Source: Armatimonadota bacterium
GTDB taxonomy: Bacteria; Armatimonadota; Hebobacteria; CAIYQO01
DNA: 57,363 bases
Direction of reading: 5' to 3'
NCBI GenBank assembly: GCA_038248345.1
Contig: JBBRXO010000007.1
Location: 1 to 57,363, forward strand
The stretch's first letter is position 1, and each line of letters begins with the position of its first letter. The position numbers and the translations under genes are program-made. Below are positions 31,194-38,869 of the stretch, in pieces. Below the pieces are notes generated by a model. The model was not told where the DNA came from, ran no database searches, and was given only the letters and a program-made list of their open reading frames with translations.

Positions 31194-32642
31194 TCATTCC
31201 ACGCCCTTTATACCGGGGTTACACTTGTGAAAGAGAAGTTGGGCGGCGGCTGCCCAGTCGGGGAATATTCCGGCCGCGACGCCACCGACGAGTGCGGCGC
31301 CCATCGCCGCCTCCTCCGTGTGGGGAGGGATGCCAAGCGGCATGGCAAAGCGGTGGGCCAACTCCTGGCGGACTACAGCATTGCGGCGTACTGCATTCCC
31401 CGCGCCGGACAGCGCGGTGGGGTGCGCGCCGGAGTCCTGGGCGATGCGGTAAAAAGCCACCAGCTCATCGACCATTCCGTTAATCACTGCCCGGATGAGA
31501 TTGCCCGGTGTGAGGTTGCTTTCATTGATCCCGGTGATGCACCCGCGCTGCTGCGGGTCAAGCCGTGAGCCAGCGAAGAGTGTGGCAGCCGATAGCCCCT
31601 GGCAATCGGCGGGTGCCGCTGCCGCCAGCGTATTCATGGTTTCATATAATTCACCGGGCGCTAGCGCGAAGAGATCATGCCCGAGTTGGCGGATGAATCC
31701 CTCCAACACACTGTAAGCGTGGCCGCCGCAGAGACTGGCGCCCACCAGCAGCCAGGATCCGCCGATGAAGGGACGTGTTTCGAGCGGTGCATGAAATATA
31801 TACTGGTCAGTGGGTACCGACATCTGCCCGCCCGTACCCAGGTTGATCAATACCGTGCCTTGTGGCGCGGGGACGCTACCCAGGAATGACGCCTGGTTGT
31901 CACCAATAGCTACAGCCACCGGCAATCCGGTCGGTAACCCGGTAAGCGCCGCTACCTGCGCCGAGAGTGCCCCTGCCAGGCTCCCGGTGGGAAGTACTTC
32001 CGGGAGTGCGGAGTACAATGAAGGGAAGGCGGCCGCCAGCGATGGCACCCAGCGATCTCCGGCGGCGACATCAAAAATCCCCCAACTGGCGGCATCGGTG
32101 GGGTCGGTCACTGCGCGCCCGCAAAGCGCCAGCACCAAGGCGTCGTGAATGGTGAGGGCGGTGCAATTTGCCGGCAACATCCCCGCCTGCTGCAGGCGCA
32201 AGAGCGTCACCGCGCCGTAGCTGGTAGCGGGGGTGCAGCCGAGTAGGCTGGCATCGGCATGTAATCTGGCGGCGACCTCCTCCGCGTAGCTGTGCCCACT
32301 ATTGGCATATTTATGGTCACCCCGCCGGTCTTGCCAGGAGGTAAGGGGGGTGCGGATAGCTCCAGTTTTATCTACCAGCACCACGCCGTGCATTTGCCCG
32401 GTCACGCCCAGCGCCACTATCTGTCCACTTTGTACCTCCGGGCGCGCGGTGAGCAATGCCAGCAAGTTGAAGGCGATGGCGATGATCTTGCTGGCATCCT
32501 GTTCGGCGCCGTCGGCTTCCGCAGGCAGATGGGCGGTGTTTGCCGCTGATTCTACCGCGAGAATGGCCCCGCACGTCGCATCGAGTGCGACTGCACAGAG
32601 TTTAGTAGTACCGATATCTACGCCAATGATGATAGAGTTCAC
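31194..32642 (-). CDS. FGGY-family carbohydrate kinase (sedoheptulokinase-like)
   Basis: GVDIGTT, TGQMHG, WQDRRG, AASWG, GDNQAS, NLGTGGQ, ASLCGG, EEAAMGAA. Confidence 0.9.
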   Translation of the reverse strand: MNSIIIGVDIGTTKLCAVALDATCGAILAVESAANTAHLPAEADGAEQDASKIIAIAFNLLALLTARPEVQSGQIVALGVTGQMHGVVLVDKTGAIRTPLTSWQDRRGDHKYANSGHSYAEEVAARLHADASLLGCTPATSYGAVTLLRLQQAGMLPANCTALTIHDALVLALCGRAVTDPTDAASWGIFDVAAGDRWVPSLAAAFPSLYSALPEVLPTGSLAGALSAQVAALTGLPTGLPVAVAIGDNQASFLGSVPAPQGTVLINLGTGGQMSVPTDQYIFHAPLETRPFIGGSWLLVGASLCGGHAYSVLEGFIRQLGHDLFALAPGELYETMNTLAAAAPADCQGLSAATLFAGSRLDPQQRGCITGINESNLTPGNLIRAVINGMVDELVAFYRIAQDSGAHPTALSGAGNAVRRNAVVRQELAHRFAMPLGIPPHTEEAAMGAALVGGVAAGIFPDWAAAAQLLFHKCNPGIKGVE

Positions 32643-32718
32643 GAATATTTTTCCTTTTCACAAAATAGAGGTAAATGCAAAACTTTTTTTGAAGTTAACC
32701 CGGGACGATGCCCGCGCC

Positions 32719-32894
32719 CCAATTGTAGGGGCACAAGGCTTGTGCCCACATCGTAACCATATCTTCGATTGGTCATGTCTCCCATACCTCGTATAGTGGG
32801 CACATGCCATGTGCCCCTACAAAATTTTATACAAGTCCGCGTAGGCGGACGACTGGCATTTTAATGCCACGCAGCCGGGATTTCAATCCCAGCG
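32719..32894. repeat. REP-like family B (32719-32825) followed by family A (32835-32894)
   Basis: Close matches to the 26531-26636 and 1901-1960 copies. Confidence 0.88.
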
Positions 32895-32914
32895 AGAAAC
32901 TTTTCACTCAACGT

Positions 32915-33706
32915 TCAAGCGACAATAAGTTGCACCCCGCTAGACGCACAGACGTTTTCAATGGCTTCGTCTGCGCGGTCAGTGATCCAGGTGGTATATT
33001 CGGCGAGGGGGGCGACCTCGCAATAAGAATCACAGCCGAATTTTTCCGCGTGGGCCAGGAGCAAACGCCGGGTGCTGGCCTGCCCTGCAGCACGTTTTAG
33101 AAAAGCCTCAGGCGGACGGGCCACACGTACGGAACCGGCGGCGGTTACTGCATCTGCCGCGAGGAGCGCCCAATCAAAACGATAGGCGCTTAAGGTGTTG
33201 AGCGCGGTCAAACCGGAAATCGCCAGGCTACCCGGATCAACCTCGCCGCCCAATAATTCGTGCCGAATGCGCGCACGACTGAGGAGTTCCGCCACATGCC
33301 AGTCGTTCGTGACTACCCAAGTAGGGCGCCAGGCCGCGTGGATCAATTCCTGGGTGACGGCCAGGGTGGTAGTGCCAGCGTCGATATAGAGTGCGGCGCT
33401 GTCCTGCAGGAGTTTTACCGCTGCCTGGGCGATACGTTTTTTCGCATCCGGCGTCACCTGCTGTCGGTCTTCAAATCGAATGACCGGGTGCGCGCTGGCT
33501 TCAGCGGCATTATCATGCGCCACCACGCCGCCATGGGTACGCATCACCCACGGTAGGGTAGCCAGCAGCTCCAGATCACGCTGGGCAGTAGCCCGCGCGA
33601 CGCCAAACTCGCTGATGACATCGCGCAAGCGAAGCTCACCGTGCTTACGCAGTAACACCGCCAGCCGGTCCTGGCGCGACACACCTAATAAACTCTTCGC
33701 CGTCAT
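32915..33706 (-). CDS. DeoR/GlpR-family transcriptional regulator
   Basis: FGVARATAQRDL, RTHGGV, KKRIAQAA, IDAGTTT, VTND, LLGGE, KFG. Confidence 0.94.
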   Translation of the reverse strand: MTAKSLLGVSRQDRLAVLLRKHGELRLRDVISEFGVARATAQRDLELLATLPWVMRTHGGVVAHDNAAEASAHPVIRFEDRQQVTPDAKKRIAQAAVKLLQDSAALYIDAGTTTLAVTQELIHAAWRPTWVVTNDWHVAELLSRARIRHELLGGEVDPGSLAISGLTALNTLSAYRFDWALLAADAVTAAGSVRVARPPEAFLKRAAGQASTRRLLLAHAEKFGCDSYCEVAPLAEYTTWITDRADEAIENVCASSGVQLIVA

Positions 33707-33747
33707 TCACTCGTCCCCAATACGATATAATTCTGATGCAGTGACCA

Positions 33748-33795
33748 TAATGCATCAGAATGCCTCATAGTACCTCATGATGTCGCTGCCGTCAA
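33748..33795 (-). promoter_or_regulatory. deoR promoter with a putative DeoR operator
   Basis: Minus strand TTGACG-17 bp-TACTAT, overlapped by 10-bp-period direct repeats TGAGGTACTA TGAGGCATTC TGATGCATTA. Confidence 0.65.
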
Positions 33796-33837
33796 TGTGG
33801 TTCTAACTGGCACTTTCTGAAGAATTTGTAGAGTTCC

Positions 33838-33897
33838 CGCTGGGATTGAAATCCCGGCTGCGTGGCGCTACGCGCCGGTCGTCCGCCTTCGCGAACT
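33838..33897. repeat. REP-like family A element, inverted relative to the 32835 copy
   Basis: CGCTGGGATTGAAATCCCGGCTGCGTGGCGC..GTCGTCCGCCTTCGCG. Confidence 0.85.
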
Positions 33898-34158
33898 TTT
33901 CTGAACCGAATGACAGCGTGCTTTCTTCCTATTTTCTTCTTCCTATTTCCTAATAACGGGTGGTGTTAGGAATTCAAACCCCGTTCTCATGGGCGTCCCG
34001 TCCATACCACGATACCTTGTGGGCAGATTATCTTGGATTCTGGCAATACCCACGTCAGGGTATTACCTCCGAGCAAGAAAATTGTTATAATCAGGGCAGG
34101 CAATCAGATAAAAAATAGTTCGGAGTTCCATTACAGTTTTAATGGGGGGGGAAGTTTT

Positions 34159-34986
34159 TTGCGTTATTTACATGTGGGAATAGCCCAGGTTAATGCCATC
34201 GTAGGTGCGCCACAGGAGAACTTGCAGCGTATCCATCGTCAGGTGCAGTCTGCGGCTGCGGTGGGCGTTGAGGTGCTGCTTTTCCCGGAGACCGTCATTC
34301 ACGCCTATAATTTTTCGCCCGCCAACATGGCGCTGGCGGAGCCGCTGGGTGGGGCGCTAACCCAACAAGTATCGGAGTGGGCCAGGCAATATAACATGAC
34401 CATCCTCGCCGGATTCCTGGAGCGAGATGGGGATAATATCTATAACAGCCTAGTGGTCGCACGGCCAGATGGCACGATGGGACTCGAGCGCAAGAATAAC
34501 CTGACGGAAACAGAGCTGGCCGCCGGGCTGACAGCGGGAAAGGTGGAACGCACGGTATTTGAATTTAACGGCATCCGCTGTGCCATCATGATTTGTGCCG
34601 ATTGCGGTATCAAGGATTTACACTGTAACCTCGCCCAGCAGGGAGTCGAGTTTCGCTTTATCCCCACCGTGGCGGGCAATATGATGAAAGATAAGCTTAT
34701 CCCCTACATTCACGAAGAGGAACTGGCGACGGAGGAAGGGCGCGCACTGACGGTAGAGTACCGTGGTTACGTGTGCATCTGCGACGCTATCGTGCCCGAA
34801 GACCCGCAGCCATACACCGGCTATGCCGCCGCCAATGCCCTCGGGGACGACGGCGCGGGAGTCAGGCACATGGGTCACTGTTCAATAGTCGATCGCCACC
34901 GCGTGCTCCGCGCACAAATACCCGGCACCCTGGTGATAGAGCATCAGCAGGATCAAATGGCACATACCGTGCTGTCTTTTCCGTAG
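34159..34986 (+). CDS. Carbon-nitrogen hydrolase (nitrilase superfamily)
   Basis: Glu-Lys-Cys triad contexts FPET, ERKNNL and MICAD; probable TTG start; TGTTATAAT at 34083. Confidence 0.9.
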   Translation: MRYLHVGIAQVNAIVGAPQENLQRIHRQVQSAAAVGVEVLLFPETVIHAYNFSPANMALAEPLGGALTQQVSEWARQYNMTILAGFLERDGDNIYNSLVVARPDGTMGLERKNNLTETELAAGLTAGKVERTVFEFNGIRCAIMICADCGIKDLHCNLAQQGVEFRFIPTVAGNMMKDKLIPYIHEEELATEEGRALTVEYRGYVCICDAIVPEDPQPYTGYAAANALGDDGAGVRHMGHCSIVDRHRVLRAQIPGTLVIEHQQDQMAHTVLSFP

Positions 34987-35050
34987 AGGTAATTGGGAAA
35001 TATTTGGTAGGGCGCACGGTTTGCGCCTCTACACCCAAGCCGGAAATGAT

Positions 35051-35255
35051 CAGGCGCACAAAAGTCAGAAGCAGATGATAGGCGCTCTATATTTGAGCTG
35101 GTTGCTCCGGGGACTGTCCTCGCGCACAGTATCCGGTATCATCGTGATTTGTGCCTGCCATAGTTAGCCTCTCTTTCGTATTCAGCCTCCGGTTGGGACT
35201 GTAACCATTCGGTCGAAACAACTTGGCCTTTCGACAGGGGTGTACAGTCCCCGAT
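35051..35255 (-). ncRNA. Candidate structured RNA, family not recognised
   Basis: Several nested inverted repeats; -10-like TACTAT 7 nt upstream of GGGGACTGT on the minus strand. Confidence 0.35.
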
Positions 35256-35354
35256 GCTAATAGTACAGAGTTGTCAGCATGTAAATACTAAAGAAAGCCT
35301 CGCCCACAACCCGATTCAATTTATTAGCTACTAGGGCTCAGTAGCTTTCAAACG

Positions 35355-35458
35355 GATACTAACATAGCCTCGGGTGAAGCTCGGGGTAGGCTTTTGAACA
35401 GTTCACCTTCGGATTTTTAACCCCTTCCCCGGTTTTTGCCCGGGGCTATGTTAGTATC
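35355..35458. repeat. Long inverted-repeat hairpin (REPIN/MITE-like)
   Basis: GATACTAACATAGCC.CGGG ... CCCG.GGCTATGTTAGTATC arms. Confidence 0.7.
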
Positions 35459-35682
35459 TCACTATTTGGTTATTGCCATTAGTACCCCGTTCTTTAATAC
35501 CTACAACTTGTTTTTACGAATATTTAGGGGAGTAGGTCGATTAGTGACTTGAAACCCTGAACTGTTACCCCTGATTGCGCTGTAGCGACATCTCATAGCA
35601 AAACATGTACAATACCTTAATATTCGGACGTGGTCTGGTTATTATCTTACGCTGACCATTGTCACTATTGAAGTTGGGTTGT

Positions 35683-37407
35683 ATGGCTGAATTATCAACA
35701 ATTATGGCAGATGATGCACCAGTTTGCATCGAACTTGCGGCGGGGGATACTTTTCGTCTCGCGTTGGCAGATGGTGAGCATTGGTATGGGCATGGTTTCA
35801 ACCATCAGCAACCGTATCCGTTGGAAAGCGGGGAGATCTCTGCCGACGTCTTTGCGGTGAATAACATCCAATCTCCGGTTTGGATGAGTTCCGTGGGCTT
35901 TGTGCTGTTAGTTGAGACGGTTGAACGTTTGGGTGTGCGTTTGAACGTTGGCGGCAACCGGCTTTTTGAATTGACCGCCTTAGACGCGCCGGTGCGGATA
36001 CGCATCTTTCGCGGCCAGAATCTCCCGGAGGCGCATCAACAATACCTGCAGTATATCGGCTGGCCACCGCCGATCCCCACCAGTGCGCAATTGGGCGAGA
36101 GTCTGTTTTGCACGTGGACGGAATACCCGCGCTGTGTGACGCAGGTGCGCCTGCTCCAATTTGCCCGTGATATTCGCGCCCATGGTTACCCATGCACCAC
36201 GCTCATTCTCGATGATCGATGGGAATCCTGTTTCGGTGAGCTGGCCTTCGCGGATGATTTCCCCGATCCCGTTGCGTTGGTTCAGCAGTTGCGCGCCTGG
36301 GGTTTTGAGCTGTGGCTCTGGGTTACGCCGTTCGTGAACAAGGAAGCGAACAATTTTTCCGCACTGGCGGAAGCAGGTGCATTGGTGCCGCATATTGATG
36401 GACAGGGGCCCGCGCTGTTGCGCTGGTGGGGCGGCACCGCGGGTCTGGTTGATGTCACTGCGCCGGCAGGGCAGGAGTGGTTGCGTTCGCGCCTGCATTA
36501 TCTTCGTGACGTCATTGGTGTCACCGGTTTTAAGATTGATGGCGGTGATTTCAAGTATCAACCCGCCCCCGACATCGCGGCCTGGTATTGTCCACCGGGG
36601 CCATCCGGGTATAGCGATGCCCTGCTGGCGCTCTTTGAAGAGATTGCGCCGCTGCACTGCGAAACACGTACCGCCTGGCTGTCGCAACGTCGCGGCATCC
36701 TCTGGCGGCAAGGTGGTAAAGATTCGCATTGGGGGATTGATAACGGGCTGGCCGCTATGATCACATTGGCGCAGCAGCTGGCGCTGCTGGGATATGACCT
36801 GCTCATCCCGGATATGATACCGGGCCGGGTACAGACGATGGTGGCAGATATGCCGCTACCCACCGATGAACTTTTCGTCCGCTGGACAGAGGCCACCGCT
36901 TTCCTGCCGATGATGCAATTCTCCTATGCACCGTGGCATTATGCTGCACCTACGCAAGTGGCAGCAGCAGGATATGCGCAACTCCACGCGTTGTTGGGGG
37001 ACTATCTGCATGAGCAGAGCCAGCAGCGTACCGCCCCGTTGGTGCGTCCGCTCTGGTATGCGGATCCGAACGATGCCGCGCTTTACACCATCCCGGATGC
37101 CTTCCTGCTGGGGTCAGATATCCTGGCGGCGCCGGTGGTCACCGAAGGGGCGATATCGCGCGATGTCTATCTTCCAAGAGGCCAGTGGCGCGATGCCTGG
37201 ACGGGAGTTGAGTACGCCGGAGGATTGCTGGTAAACCATCCCGCTCCGTGCCCGGGCATCCCCATCTTCGTGCGTGCCGAACAGACGGAATTGTATGAAT
37301 TATTACACTCTGCTTTGTGCAGAATTAACCGTGCCAGCGTGTTGCCAGGCGTGACGACGACTACCTATTCCGCGGGTTTGGATCGAGATTTAACGGTGAC
37401 TGGGTAA
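35683..37407 (+). CDS. Glycoside hydrolase family 31
   Basis: TW, LDDRW, FPDP, LWVTPF, GFKIDGG (nucleophile), PDMIPG, ELFVRW, PMMQFS, FLLGSDILAAPV, YLPRGQW. Confidence 0.9.
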   Translation: MAELSTIMADDAPVCIELAAGDTFRLALADGEHWYGHGFNHQQPYPLESGEISADVFAVNNIQSPVWMSSVGFVLLVETVERLGVRLNVGGNRLFELTALDAPVRIRIFRGQNLPEAHQQYLQYIGWPPPIPTSAQLGESLFCTWTEYPRCVTQVRLLQFARDIRAHGYPCTTLILDDRWESCFGELAFADDFPDPVALVQQLRAWGFELWLWVTPFVNKEANNFSALAEAGALVPHIDGQGPALLRWWGGTAGLVDVTAPAGQEWLRSRLHYLRDVIGVTGFKIDGGDFKYQPAPDIAAWYCPPGPSGYSDALLALFEEIAPLHCETRTAWLSQRRGILWRQGGKDSHWGIDNGLAAMITLAQQLALLGYDLLIPDMIPGRVQTMVADMPLPTDELFVRWTEATAFLPMMQFSYAPWHYAAPTQVAAAGYAQLHALLGDYLHEQSQQRTAPLVRPLWYADPNDAALYTIPDAFLLGSDILAAPVVTEGAISRDVYLPRGQWRDAWTGVEYAGGLLVNHPAPCPGIPIFVRAEQTELYELLHSALCRINRASVLPGVTTTTYSAGLDRDLTVTG

Positions 37408-37442
37408 ACGCACTGATGCATAATGTAAGAGAGAAGGTAATT

Positions 37443-38546
37443 ATGACGCAACGGGAACGAATGGAAGCTGTATTCAATGGCCAGCGCCCGGACACTATGG
37501 GCTGGTTCGGCGACTTGACTTACTGGTATAGCGCCCACCGGGAGATTGGCGATCTGCCTGCGCGCTGGCAGGGAGTTAATGGCCTGCACGAGTTGCACCG
37601 TGAGTTGAACATCGGTGAATACATCCCCGGCTGTGATGCGGGCGACACGCTCGAGGGGGCGGCAGTAAAAGCGGAAGTCACGGTGAATGATGGCCGACGT
37701 ATCGCCAGCTGGCACACGCCAGTGGGGGACATTCGGGAAGTGCAGGACTACTCGCCGATGTCGTTCTCTTGGGGGTACACCGAGCATGCGGTAAAAACTG
37801 TGGAGGACCTTCGCGTCGTCCGCTATCTCTATGAGAACCGCCAGTTCATCCCCCGTCCCGAATACTATTTGGAGCTCGATCAACAGTACGCCGCCTACGG
37901 ATTTGGGCCCGCGCATTATGGCGCTCCGCCGACGCCGATCTCCGAGTTGAACAAACATTGGATCGGGGTGTTGGATATGACTTACCTGCTGATGGATGAA
38001 CCGGAAGAGATGGCAGCCACGCTCGCCGCCATCGAAAAGGTGAACGATGAGATCTATCGTGCCATTGCCGCCGGCCCCAAGTCTTATGTGATGATCTGTG
38101 AGAACCTTTCCGCCACGACTATGGGCGGGTATTTCGATGAATACATCGCCCCGCATCTGCGGCGTTGGACTGGCTGGTTGCGCGCGAGCGGCCACCGAAC
38201 GCTGATCCACAATGATGGTACGTTGCGCGGCACGCTGGAGAAACTCGGTGCCACCGGCGTCGATTGCGTGGACTCGGCGGTGCCCAAACCGGTGGGCGAT
38301 GTGGCTGTTGCTGATCTGCGCGCCCTGGCGGGGGACGGCATAATCCTCCTCGGGGGCTTGCCGGGCACGATGTTTGCCCCGCCCTTCACTGCCCGCGATA
38401 TCGAAGAGCAGGTCATGGAGATCATCAACCGGTACAAAGACTCCGGCACCTTCATGTTTGGCGTGGCTGACCAGGTGCCGCCTGACGGCGATCTCGATCT
38501 TGTAAAACTCGTCAGTGCATTAGTGGAGGAACATGGGCGGTATTAG
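37443..38546 (+). CDS. Uroporphyrinogen decarboxylase / methylcobamide methyltransferase (URO-D) family protein
   Basis: MTQRER..G.RPD, FDEYIAP, IHNDG, LLGG and QVPPD pattern. Confidence 0.8.
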   Translation: MTQRERMEAVFNGQRPDTMGWFGDLTYWYSAHREIGDLPARWQGVNGLHELHRELNIGEYIPGCDAGDTLEGAAVKAEVTVNDGRRIASWHTPVGDIREVQDYSPMSFSWGYTEHAVKTVEDLRVVRYLYENRQFIPRPEYYLELDQQYAAYGFGPAHYGAPPTPISELNKHWIGVLDMTYLLMDEPEEMAATLAAIEKVNDEIYRAIAAGPKSYVMICENLSATTMGGYFDEYIAPHLRRWTGWLRASGHRTLIHNDGTLRGTLEKLGATGVDCVDSAVPKPVGDVAVADLRALAGDGIILLGGLPGTMFAPPFTARDIEEQVMEIINRYKDSGTFMFGVADQVPPDGDLDLVKLVSALVEEHGRY

Positions 38547-38551
38547 AAGGA

Positions 38552-38628
<77 letters not shown>

Positions 38629-38869
38629 ATAACGTTAGTGGGTTTCCCCACCTGACGCTACTAAGTATAACTGCGGTAGTGATTTTGGTCAATAGCATCG
38701 AGGAGTATCGGTATACTTCTCATAACACCGTTCATAACCAGCATTAAATACTGGGCTTCCCCGGTACTACCCCGGTAACTTCCATTCAATCGGAAAAATG
38801 CCATAGTCCCGGGCGCAACCCTGTCAGTTAACCACAAATATTTCACCGCGAAGCGGTGGCGTAAGATCC

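Noticed and set aside
38661..38846. 61-aa ORF between tRNA-Phe and nrdJ
   Set aside because: No clear RBS or motif; overlaps the probable tRNA upstream region.
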